Assembly (NCBI GenBank): GCA_964573625.1
Contig: CAZNJU010000001.1
Coordinates: 673,510 to 737,509 of the forward strand
DNA length: 64,000 nt
Direction: 5' to 3'
Origin: Candidatus Woesearchaeota archaeon
GTDB taxonomy: Archaea > Nanobdellota > Nanobdellia > Pacearchaeales > GW2011-AR1
Made by a program: the position numbers and the translations under genes. Positions 1 to 8,429 of the stretch are shown here, piece after piece. Each line of letters opens with the position of its first letter. Within the stretch, counting starts at the first letter, position 1. The notes beneath the pieces are model-generated. The model saw only the letters and a list, made by a program, of their open reading frames with translations. It was not told the DNA's origin and made no database searches.

Positions 1-65
1 GCTCCATACAAATCTTCCTCAGTCATATGATGTCCGTGCTGTTTTAATATGCTTTTGCTTATCAT
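1..65 (-). CDS. 5' part of a hypothetical protein running off the window (MISKSILKQHGHHMTEEDLYG...)
   Basis: ATG at 65 on the minus strand, open to the edge; TTTAAA box near 91-96 lies ~27 nt upstream. Confidence 0.55.
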   Translation of the reverse strand, partial: MISKSILKQHGHHMTEEDLYG

Positions 66-148
66 ATGATAGTTAGATACATATTATCTATTTAAATCTT
101 TCTAAGGTAAATAACTACTTTTTTATAGCCCCTATTATTTAGCAATCT

Positions 149-562
149 ATGAATAAATCAATCACTGTTCAAACAACCATCAATGCCCCATTAGAGCATG
201 TTTGGAAACTTTACACCGAGCCGAAACACATCACTCAATGGAATAGCGCATCAAAGGACTGGCACACACCACGCGCGGAGAACGATCTACGGGTAGGCGG
301 CAAATTCCTATTTCGAATGGAAGCACGGGACGGCAGTCAAGGATTCGACTTTAACGGCACATACACTCAGATAAAAACAAATCAACTAATTACGTATACA
401 ATTGGAGACGGGAGAACCGTACGCGTTCAATTCACCGAACAAGATGCAAGAACAAACGTTCTCGTAACGTTCGAGCCAGAAGGTATCAATCCTCTTGAAA
501 TGCAGCGCGAGGGCTGGCAAGCGATTCTGAATAATTTTAAACGATATGTTGAACAGGCATAA
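149..562 (+). CDS. SRPBCC/AHSA1 (activator of Hsp90 ATPase homolog 1-like) family protein
   Basis: ITVQTTINAPLEHVWKLYTEPKHITQWN...DLRVGGKF...QREGWQAILNNFK. Confidence 0.9.
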   Translation: MNKSITVQTTINAPLEHVWKLYTEPKHITQWNSASKDWHTPRAENDLRVGGKFLFRMEARDGSQGFDFNGTYTQIKTNQLITYTIGDGRTVRVQFTEQDARTNVLVTFEPEGINPLEMQREGWQAILNNFKRYVEQA

Positions 563-596
563 CTTAATTTAAATAGCCGTCTGATTTCTAGGTATC

Positions 597-758
597 ATGG
601 CATCAACACCTCCGGGCTCAAAGAAACGAAAGATGGACTACATGGTAGACCAGACGACATTCGATGAGTTCATGAAAGCATGTAGCCGAAAGGGATTTGC
701 TCCGCAGGTAATTCTAGAGCAAGCAATGAGAAAATTCATTCAAAACGGTCAGATTTAA
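597..758 (+). CDS. 53-aa putative ribbon-helix-helix DNA-binding protein (not in ORF track)
   Basis: Hand translation MASTPPGSKKRKMDYMVDQTTFDEFMKACSRKGFAPQVILEQAMRKFIQNGQI has a beta-alpha-alpha pattern; TTTAAATA box at ~568-575. Confidence 0.7.
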   Translation: MASTPPGSKKRKMDYMVDQTTFDEFMKACSRKGFAPQVILEQAMRKFIQNGQI

Positions 759-766
759 GCAGATAC

Positions 767-1411
767 ATGTATCCCATAAAAGTAGACATTAAGCATTGTA
801 AGAGCATTCACGAATTGAGAAATTTTATGAGACTTAACAATATACGGTTAGTCTTATTTGCTGAAACACATGGATTTCTTAAAGAGACTCAAATTCAAAG
901 AAAGATAATTGAAAGCACAAATCCTGATTTTTTTCTCTATGAGATGCTTGAAGAAAGCCAAATTTTGAATGATCAAGAGGCTCACGCATTTCTAGATAGG
1001 CCTAACAAGGAAGATTTTTCATTTATCTCTACTTACGGAGATCTAAAGCCTACTATAAAACTAGCCAGAAGATTTAAGTTACCTATTATCGGGTGTGACG
1101 TAAAAAACATGTGCTGTGATAGCAAAAATTGGATGAATGAATCCTTTCCTAGAGGGCATTGGGGAAAAGTCACTAAAACCAGAGAAGCAAGGCAAAGCAA
1201 AATAATTAATCAGTATAGTCAAAAGGGACTGGTTTTTGCTACACTAGGAGCATATCATTTGAGAAAAGGTAGCTATGTTATAAAAAATCTAGATGAGAAA
1301 AAATTCATTCTAGTCAATCCTTTATTTAATGGAGGGGAAAAATTTCTTATCCCTAGAGATCAAAAAAAGTTAAAAGTCTCATTTAAAGTTAGATTATTCA
1401 TAAAAAAATAA
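767..1411 (+). CDS. ChaN/EreA/TIKI-superfamily-like protein
   Basis: VLFAETH, FLYEML, PIIGCD, REARQ and LGAYHL match the conserved E-x-H / E / R / G-x-x-H pattern of this fold. Confidence 0.55.
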   Translation: MYPIKVDIKHCKSIHELRNFMRLNNIRLVLFAETHGFLKETQIQRKIIESTNPDFFLYEMLEESQILNDQEAHAFLDRPNKEDFSFISTYGDLKPTIKLARRFKLPIIGCDVKNMCCDSKNWMNESFPRGHWGKVTKTREARQSKIINQYSQKGLVFATLGAYHLRKGSYVIKNLDEKKFILVNPLFNGGEKFLIPRDQKKLKVSFKVRLFIKK

Positions 1412-1451
1412 AAAGCATAGCTCTATAAACCCTGTTTCCAGCTTATTTAAC

Positions 1452-1643
1452 ATGAAAGGCACAATAAAGTTCTTTAATGAGTCGAAGGGATTCGGCTTTA
1501 TTACAGGCGAAGATGGAAAGGAATACTTTGTTCATACAAGTAGCTTGACTTCTGGAGTTTCAATTATGAAAGGCGATTCAGTTACCTTCGAAGTAGAACA
1601 GGGAGAAAAAGGGCCTAAAGCGGTCAAGGTTTCTAAAGCTTAA
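1452..1643 (+). CDS. cspA: Cold-shock domain protein
   Basis: KGTIKFFNESKGFGFI (RNP1) and YFVHTS (RNP2). Confidence 0.95.
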   Translation: MKGTIKFFNESKGFGFITGEDGKEYFVHTSSLTSGVSIMKGDSVTFEVEQGEKGPKAVKVSKA

Positions 1644-1644
1644 T

Positions 1645-2034
1645 ATGGGATTCAGAGATAGTGGTCGTGGCGGAGGATTCAACAGAGAACGTTCTGGTGG
1701 AAGCCGATTTGGTGGTGGAGGATTCGGAGGCCGCGGTGGATTCAATCGAAACAGAGAGGACAGAGGTCCACGTGAAATGTTTAACGCTACATGCAGTAAG
1801 TGTGGCAAAGAATGCCAAGTTCCATTCAGACCAACCGGAAGCAAGCCTGTTTTATGCAGTGACTGCTTTGAAAAAGAATCTCCACGTGAATCACGATCAG
1901 GTCAATCAGCAGGTATCTCCTCAGAGCAATTCAATCAGCTTAACACAAAACTTGACAAGATTATTGCAGTTCTAGAAACATTAGAAGTCATCGAAGACGA
2001 AGAAGAGCTTGATGAAGAAGAAAGCGAAGAGTAA
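1645..2034 (+). CDS. RGG-rich, CxxC-x17-CxxC zinc-finger protein with coiled/acidic tail
   Basis: PREMFNATCSKCGKECQVPFRPTGSKPVLCSDCF after a Gly/Arg/Phe-rich N-terminus. Confidence 0.85.
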   Translation: MGFRDSGRGGGFNRERSGGSRFGGGGFGGRGGFNRNREDRGPREMFNATCSKCGKECQVPFRPTGSKPVLCSDCFEKESPRESRSGQSAGISSEQFNQLNTKLDKIIAVLETLEVIEDEEELDEEESEE

Positions 2035-2100
2035 GAGTATAGTTCTAGTTTGATTTTCTCACAAGAAAGGTTTTATTAACTATTTCAATTAATAAGTGAT

Positions 2101-2487
2101 ATGAATAGAGTTGTCAAAAGTATTTGGGCAGTGTTTGCAGGATTTGCAGTTGTTTTTATCCTCTCTACAGCCACTGATTTTATATTAGAATCCCTCGGAA
2201 TATTTCCACCGGTAACACAAGGATTGTTCGTTACCTGGATGCTCGTTCTCGCGCTTGCGTACAGAAGCGCATACGCAGTTCTCGGCGGATACATTACTGC
2301 ACGATTGGCACCCTCTAATCCTATGAAACACACGATGACCCTTGCATGTATTGGTCTCGTATTTGCCATAGCAGGAATATTTCTCAATGAGAGCAAAAGC
2401 CTTGGACCAACATGGTATCCGATATTACTTGCAGTCCTAACAATCCCTTGTGTTTGGCTAGGCGGAAAACTACATGGTCGGAAATAA
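2101..2487 (+). CDS. Four-TM membrane protein
   Basis: Four hydrophobic segments; GGYITARLAP and GPTWYPI motifs. Confidence 0.75.
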   Translation: MNRVVKSIWAVFAGFAVVFILSTATDFILESLGIFPPVTQGLFVTWMLVLALAYRSAYAVLGGYITARLAPSNPMKHTMTLACIGLVFAIAGIFLNESKSLGPTWYPILLAVLTIPCVWLGGKLHGRK

Positions 2488-2890
2488 AAAAGTAAAAGGC
2501 TTTATCACGAACATTGAAGAAGCAACGCTGAAAAACACTGATTTTCGAAAGGTACTCTATACATCGGCACATAGTCAACTCGTACTCATGAGTCTTAAGC
2601 CTAAAGAAGAAATAGGCCTGGAAACACACGAAGACAACGACCAATTTTTTAGATTCGAGAAAGGCAACGGTACGTGTGTAATTAATGGCACTAAACATGC
2701 TATAAAAGACGGATCGGCCGTTATTGTACCAGCAGGAGCAGAGCACAACATCATTAACACCTCTTCAAGCGAAGATCTTAAGATGTACACCATATACTCG
2801 CCAGCACATCATAAAGACGGAATTGTTCGCGCTACAAAGAAAGAAGCGGAATCAAACGAAGCAGAATTCGACGGTAAAACAACAGAATAA
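2474..2890 (+). CDS. Cupin domain protein
   Basis: EEIGLETH-DQFFRFEKG and VPAGAEHNIIN cupin motifs. Confidence 0.9.
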   Translation: MVGNKKVKGFITNIEEATLKNTDFRKVLYTSAHSQLVLMSLKPKEEIGLETHEDNDQFFRFEKGNGTCVINGTKHAIKDGSAVIVPAGAEHNIINTSSSEDLKMYTIYSPAHHKDGIVRATKKEAESNEAEFDGKTTE

Positions 2891-2894
2891 TATG

Positions 2895-4100
2895 TTACAG
2901 TCTAGCAATAGATTCTACGGCCTGCACAAATCGATGTACATCTTCTTCAGTATTATAAAAATAGAATGAAGCACGTACGCTTCCAGATAATTTGTGCTTA
3001 TTGAACCATGCATGTGCACAGTGCATTCCTCCACGTACTAATATTTTTTGAGACGATAAGAGCCGCGCAACATTAAGCGAGTCCATGCCTTTGATACTGA
3101 ACGAGATAATCCCACCGCGTTTTGTCGAATCATGTGGGCCGATAATAGTAACTTTAGATATCTTATCAAGGAGAGAAGTTGCCAACGCATTGAGCTTCTG
3201 CTCATGCTTCTCAATTGTTGAGAGACCAATGCGCATCAGATATGCGCACGCTTCACCGAGCGCAATGAGTCCCGCGTAATCCTGAAGACCTGCCTCGAGT
3301 CGCATAGGTAAATCATCAAGCTCATAGGACGTTTGCGTTGTGTTGGTTACCGTACCTCCTCCGATAATAAGTGGTGCGAGTACTTCTAAGCACGTATATT
3401 TACCGTATAGCACGCCCGTGCCCGTGGGTCCGAGAAGCTTATGACCTGAAAAAGCGAGAAAATCAACGTCAAGTGCACGCACATCAATCGGCTGATGAGG
3501 CGCACTCTGTGCAGCATCTATTAGCACTTTCACGTTTTTCTTATGCGCTTTATCAATAATTTCTTTAACAGGGTTAGTAGTACCATCGACGTTAGATGTA
3601 TGAACAATTGAAACGAGTTTCACATTCTTTGAGAGTAAACCGTTAAATTCCTCAATATTGAGACCGTTCTCCGTTGTCGAACAGGTAAGGAGCTTGATCC
3701 CTTTTTCCTTAACAAGTTGTAACCACGGAAGAAGATTGGAATTATGTTCTTTATCACTTATAATGACTGCATCCCCTTTTCTCAATGCAAGTCCGTGAGC
3801 GACAAGGTTAATAGATTCAGTAGTATTTCTCGTAAAGATAATTTCCTCGGAGCGTGATGCATTGATGAACTTTCGCACCTGATCACGTGAGCGAGCGAGT
3901 GCCGCATCTACCTGTTCACCTAGAGAATGACTACTTCTACCGCCACACGCAGGGTATTTTGTATAATACTCATTAATTTTCTCAATCACGTGCTTCGGTT
4001 TGAGAGTCATGCATGCGTTATCAAGATATACGTACTTTGAGTCTGCAAGCAACTGAAAATCAGACCGGTATTTCTCTGGTTTGAATCCGAAAAGGCTCAT
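2895..4100 (-). CDS. sufS: Cysteine desulfurase, SufS group (class V aminotransferase)
   Basis: VYLDNA, EHNSNLLPW, DAAQS, FSGHKLLGPTG (PLP Lys) and VRGGMHCA (catalytic Cys). Confidence 0.9.
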   Translation of the reverse strand: MSLFGFKPEKYRSDFQLLADSKYVYLDNACMTLKPKHVIEKINEYYTKYPACGGRSSHSLGEQVDAALARSRDQVRKFINASRSEEIIFTRNTTESINLVAHGLALRKGDAVIISDKEHNSNLLPWLQLVKEKGIKLLTCSTTENGLNIEEFNGLLSKNVKLVSIVHTSNVDGTTNPVKEIIDKAHKKNVKVLIDAAQSAPHQPIDVRALDVDFLAFSGHKLLGPTGTGVLYGKYTCLEVLAPLIIGGGTVTNTTQTSYELDDLPMRLEAGLQDYAGLIALGEACAYLMRIGLSTIEKHEQKLNALATSLLDKISKVTIIGPHDSTKRGGIISFSIKGMDSLNVARLLSSQKILVRGGMHCAHAWFNKHKLSGSVRASFYFYNTEEDVHRFVQAVESIARL

Positions 4101-4528
4101 GGTAGCACCGTACTATTATCACATGACCCGTTTAAAGGAGAAATTTGCGCACTTGTTGCTGGAGACGGCTTGCCAGCTAGCTCGTTAATAATACAGAACG
4201 CGCTTGAGTTAGGCCCATTACAGTTGCCATATTGGACGTAATTATATATTCCAACAGAAACAAAGTATCCGCTAACAATGAAAACAACGAGCATGATGAA
4301 GGCAATTAGCTTATAATATCTATAAAAAGTTCGAGCAATAGGAGGAGAGACGTGAATAAGCTTCCCCGTTATATCGCTTCTCAACCGTTGATCAAGACTA
4401 CTCTTGCATGGTTTGAGAAGTGCCGTTCGCCAGAGACATTCGAATGATTCCTTTGCTAATTTCCTATATTTAAGACTAAACAATCCAAGAAGTGCAAATA
4501 TGGGAAGCGCTATGAAACAAAGCACCAT
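4097..4528 (-). CDS. Cys-containing two-TM membrane protein, coupled to sufS
   Basis: Two hydrophobic segments and several Cys (ECLW, KPC, GNCNG...FC); 4-nt overlap with the sufS start. Confidence 0.7.
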   Translation of the reverse strand: MVLCFIALPIFALLGLFSLKYRKLAKESFECLWRTALLKPCKSSLDQRLRSDITGKLIHVSPPIARTFYRYYKLIAFIMLVVFIVSGYFVSVGIYNYVQYGNCNGPNSSAFCIINELAGKPSPATSAQISPLNGSCDNSTVLP

Positions 4529-4638
4529 ACCTCTACAAGGGAAAGGGCATTTTAAAGCTATTTATCCTCTCTCAATGTTTATTAATTGATTTTATCTTAT
4601 ACTACAGATAAAGGAGTAGACGAAAAACAAGGAGACAT

Positions 4639-4995
4639 ATGAAACGACCGAAAGACGTTGACGAATATATCGCTTCAATGCCTAAAGATGCACAACCAAA
4701 ATTGCGGCAACTACGAAAGGCAGTACGAGAAGCCGCACCTCGCGCTATAGAAAAAATAAGTTATGGGATGCCTTATTACGGTCACGAAGGACGTCTTGTT
4801 TATTTTCGCCTTTCAAAGAAACATATTGGCATGTATATTCCAACGCCAACAATTGAACAGCATAAAGCAGATTTGAAAGAGTACAGCACGTCAAAAGCCA
4901 CAATACGCTTCCCAATAGAGAAAGAACTTCCTATTTCTCTAATTAAGAAGCTCATTAAATCCCGCGTTGCATGGAATGAGAGAAAGCTTAAATAA
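4639..4995 (+). CDS. DUF1801/YdhG-like (iron chaperone-like) protein
   Basis: DVDEYIA...LRKAVREAAP...EKISYGMP...SKATIRFP; SD-like AAGGAG upstream. Confidence 0.85.
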   Translation: MKRPKDVDEYIASMPKDAQPKLRQLRKAVREAAPRAIEKISYGMPYYGHEGRLVYFRLSKKHIGMYIPTPTIEQHKADLKEYSTSKATIRFPIEKELPISLIKKLIKSRVAWNERKLK

Positions 4996-5005
4996 CAAAC
5001 CGCTC

Positions 5006-5164
5006 TCAAGTCGGTATGCAAAAGTTAGCACGATGCATTTTAGTTCTTTTTGAAACTTCTGTAGCAGTAGATTCTTTATTTTTCAAGAGATCTAAATAAA
5101 CAAGGGTCTGCATCTTGGGAATGCCTACTGCCTCAAAAGTTTTGACTATCGATTCATCTATCAT
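5006..5164 (-). pseudogene. Truncated TrmB-family HTH regulator remnant (52 aa, not in ORF track)
   Basis: MIDESIVKTFEAVGIPKMQTLVYLDLLKNKESTATEVSKRTKMHRAN followed by an unrelated FCIPT*; breaks at the start of the recognition helix. Confidence 0.65.
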
Positions 5165-5257
5165 AGATTGACAGGGTAATCAACTATATAGTGTTATGGG
5201 TCTACGACGTTAAAATTAAATCAAAAGTAATATAAAGAAGCATTCCGGATTATTTCC

Positions 5258-5863
5258 ATGGTCAAATCCACTTCAAAGATAACGCCCAAATATTGGTTTT
5301 ACATTGGTCTCGTTGTTTTTCTTCTCAGCAGTCTTGGAAGTGGCATAGGGACGTTCGATACAAAATATATTGGAGACAGCATGTACGGTATTGTGGATTG
5401 GCTCGCTGCATGTATCCCCTATTTCTTTTACGGAGCGCTTGCAGGATTACTTATTGATGCATACCTCTCAAAGAAACGCAAGATTATGTTCAATGTACCT
5501 CTCTGGGCGTATTACACGATTGCATTTATCATAATAAGTATAGGAGCGCTTGCAATACATCTTTCAAGCCTTGCATGGAGAGATATTATCTTGTACTTCT
5601 ACTTTCCATTCCATTATGCAATATTCTTCCCCGGGTACGCATATATGGCTTTGCCTGCCAACCCACTATCAGCAACAATCACGCTAAAGCTCACGTTAGA
5701 TATCCTTATGCTAGCCATCTTCTCAAAATGGATCTATCTTAGATTTCAAGCGATAAAGGGAAACGCATCGCGAAGACAGCAGATAATAGAAAAATATGCT
5801 CTAGGAATAATCTTTTTCGTTCTTACTGTGGGAATGTTTCTCTGTGCTAATAATCTGAACTAG
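5258..5863 (+). CDS. Multi-pass membrane hypothetical protein
   Basis: About 6 hydrophobic segments. Confidence 0.65.
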   Translation: MVKSTSKITPKYWFYIGLVVFLLSSLGSGIGTFDTKYIGDSMYGIVDWLAACIPYFFYGALAGLLIDAYLSKKRKIMFNVPLWAYYTIAFIIISIGALAIHLSSLAWRDIILYFYFPFHYAIFFPGYAYMALPANPLSATITLKLTLDILMLAIFSKWIYLRFQAIKGNASRRQQIIEKYALGIIFFVLTVGMFLCANNLN

Positions 5864-6266
5864 CGGCTCGTTTCATAAAGAAATTAGAAATACTCCAAAG
5901 TCCCGGTCCTGTCAAAGAAAGAGCTAACGTAGCAATAGTCAATCCAAAGTCACGCACTCCAATCTCCGTAAACCCTATTGAGAACGTTATTCCAGCAAGA
6001 TGCATTCCCAATAGAAACGCAGCGACGCGTGAAAAAACACCGAGTGAAAGGAGCAAGGCGCAAAATAGTTCAAATGCTCCGTTAAGAAGAACAAATTTTA
6101 CCGGCTCAATAGGCACGACTGAAATAAACTGAGGAAGCCAGCCTACAAACGTCTCAGGATGGCTAAGTTGACTTATTCCAAAATAAAAAAATACAAAGGC
6201 AATCCCAAACCGAAGAATAGCTACACCTGCTTGAAAACGAGGATCTAGTTTTGTTTCTAAGGCCAT
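5847..6266 (-). CDS. DoxX family membrane protein (b5-associated paralog 1)
   Basis: ILRFGIAFVFFYFGISQ...FELFCALLLSLG...R.AA...H...VRDFGL...GPG.WS; start overlaps the upstream b5 gene. Confidence 0.85.
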   Translation of the reverse strand: MALETKLDPRFQAGVAILRFGIAFVFFYFGISQLSHPETFVGWLPQFISVVPIEPVKFVLLNGAFELFCALLLSLGVFSRVAAFLLGMHLAGITFSIGFTEIGVRDFGLTIATLALSLTGPGLWSISNFFMKRAASSDY

Positions 6267-8350
6267 GTTATTGTCGCTCCAAAGTCTCCAATATAATAGT
6301 TTCCAATCAAGTTTCGCGCAGTGCCGCTATGTGAGTGTCCACCAGCATTGCCTACAAAATAATTGGTCGACTCATTACCGCATCTGAAAAGAATAGCATT
6401 TCTACCGCCTGGATGACTATTTGTTATATATGTGCCAGGTATAGCATAGAACTTGCCAACGTTAGTAGTTAGATTAATCATAAGCCAGCAATCGTTAAGT
6501 GTGTGATGTTGTCTCAAAGTGCTTATGTTAAGAGTCACAAGGTTAGAGGATTGCACACTAAAGCTCACCGATTGACTGGAGGTCATAACATTATTAGATG
6601 AATTCTGACATCTGACATATGCAGTCATGCTAGCTCCATTAGTCAATCCTGTAATGGTGCCGCCGTGAGTCGATCCAGAAGCAGTAACCATGGTATTGCC
6701 CATAGTAGCATATGTCTGATCAGTGTTACTCCATCTGCATGTGCCCACGATGTTAGTCGTTACATTCAGAGCGGTGCTCGTTGTGCCAGAAGGGAAGGAA
6801 GCCCCATTGCCCGGATTAATAATCGTGGCAGAGATGTTTACTTGTGGTTGGTTTCCGCCCGTATTCACGACGCCAATCTTTACTGTTGAACTGGAAGTCA
6901 TAACATTATTAGATGAATTCTGACATCTGACAAACACGGTAACATTGTTTCCGTTAGTCAATCCCGTGATTGATCCACTATGAGTTGTCCCTGTAATAGT
7001 GCTTAACGTTGCACCCATACTTGAATACGTCTGATCAGTGTTACTCCATTTACACGTACATCCCAGATTTGTCGATACACTAAGAGGCACGCTGGTTGTT
7101 CCGGCAGGGAACATCGTGTCGTTAGCAGGGCTTGTGATTGTGGCGCTGATAGAAGTCATTTGTTGTACGCTAAATCTCACTGATTGACTGGAAGTCATAA
7201 CATTATTAGATGAATTCTGACATCTGACATATGCAGTCATGCTAGATCCATCAGTTAATCCACTAATCGTTCCCACATGCGAAAGCCCGTCAGAGGTAGT
7301 CAGTGAATTGCTCATAGAATCATACGTCTGATCAGTGTTACTCCATTTACACGTACCAATAATGTTCGTTCCCACGTTCAAAGAAACACTTGTAGTACCC
7401 GAGTTGAATGCCTGATTAGAGCTAGGTGAAGTAATAGTTGCGGAAATATTCGCACCGGGAGTCGTCGGAGCAGTCTCATTAGAGCAGTACGTACCAACTT
7501 TATAGGTAGCAAGCAGTGAACGGGCGGTTGATGAGTGCGTTCCTCCGGTTCCACCCTTCGTATTAAACGCGTTAGTAGCTTCAGTGCCACAATTATCTAC
7601 AATAGCTTGAATTCCTCCCGGATGGATAGAAATGTAACTTGATACATCATAGACATTCGAATCAATGAGAAGCCAGCAATTGCTCTGACTGTTATGGCTA
7701 ACAAGTGCAGATCGAGATATACAACTCGAACCACTACTCGAACTTGATTGATTACCAAAGAAAGAGTAAACTCCTTCTACAATACGAACTACACCGTTAG
7801 AATAATAGACTGTGTATGTTCTTCCATTAGATCTTACAATAAACGTATAGCTCGTGACCTCATTATTTGGCAAAGATTCCAAAGCCTGTCGCAAACTATC
7901 AGGAATATCATAGTTGTTTGCAGAATTCAACGAGAGATTTCCAAGATTAACAAGTGTCGTACCAAAGTTACCTATAAAGAAACTGTTAAGGAGGGTATGT
8001 GCATACGCGCTATGCGATCCGCGTCCACCTTTCGTGTTAAAAAGTTGGGTTGCATCGATGCCGCAAGCCTCACGTATCGTTTGCTCCCCTCCCGGGTGTA
8101 GCCGGATGTAAGAAGTGATATCATAGACTTTATTATCAATGATTGTCCAGCAGTCATTTTGACTATTATGTCTTGCTACGGTTGTAGAATCAAGGGACTG
8201 TCCGGTTGTAGTGTTAAGCAAGGTTACATTCTGACTTACAGTTGCAGAAGAATCCCAAGAATAGTAGGTAACGCTCACTACTACTAAAGCAAGAATGAAT
8301 ACTATCGTGAGCTGTTCAAGCCACCCCTCAGTCAGTTTCCGTATGTCCAT
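6257..8350 (-). CDS. Membrane-anchored exported protein with three cytochrome b5-like heme-binding domains and three Ig-like repeats
   Basis: N-terminal TM; three H-x5-CW...HPGG...CG...HS domains; three ~100-aa ISATI.P...CKWSNTDQTY...VRCQNSSNNVMTSS repeats. Confidence 0.85.
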   Translation of the reverse strand: MDIRKLTEGWLEQLTIVFILALVVVSVTYYSWDSSATVSQNVTLLNTTTGQSLDSTTVARHNSQNDCWTIIDNKVYDITSYIRLHPGGEQTIREACGIDATQLFNTKGGRGSHSAYAHTLLNSFFIGNFGTTLVNLGNLSLNSANNYDIPDSLRQALESLPNNEVTSYTFIVRSNGRTYTVYYSNGVVRIVEGVYSFFGNQSSSSSGSSCISRSALVSHNSQSNCWLLIDSNVYDVSSYISIHPGGIQAIVDNCGTEATNAFNTKGGTGGTHSSTARSLLATYKVGTYCSNETAPTTPGANISATITSPSSNQAFNSGTTSVSLNVGTNIIGTCKWSNTDQTYDSMSNSLTTSDGLSHVGTISGLTDGSSMTAYVRCQNSSNNVMTSSQSVRFSVQQMTSISATITSPANDTMFPAGTTSVPLSVSTNLGCTCKWSNTDQTYSSMGATLSTITGTTHSGSITGLTNGNNVTVFVRCQNSSNNVMTSSSTVKIGVVNTGGNQPQVNISATIINPGNGASFPSGTTSTALNVTTNIVGTCRWSNTDQTYATMGNTMVTASGSTHGGTITGLTNGASMTAYVRCQNSSNNVMTSSQSVSFSVQSSNLVTLNISTLRQHHTLNDCWLMINLTTNVGKFYAIPGTYITNSHPGGRNAILFRCGNESTNYFVGNAGGHSHSGTARNLIGNYYIGDFGATITWP
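6550..7450 (-). repeat. Three tandem ~300-bp intragenic repeats (Ig-like stalk)
   Basis: GTCATAACATTATTAGATGAATTCTGACATCTGACA occurs exactly near 6582, 6897 and 7194; GTCTGATCAGTGTTACTCCAT also occurs three times. Confidence 0.9.
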
Positions 8351-8429
8351 GACGATTTATACACGTAGAACTCCTTTTAAAATCTATTCTTGACAAAACA
8401 TTCAAATAAGCTCTTAAATAGAGACATAG

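Noticed and set aside
6550..7450. Regularly spaced ~36-nt repeats as a CRISPR array
   Set aside because: The spacing is ~300 bp, the intervening sequences are homologous coding repeats, and there are no cas genes
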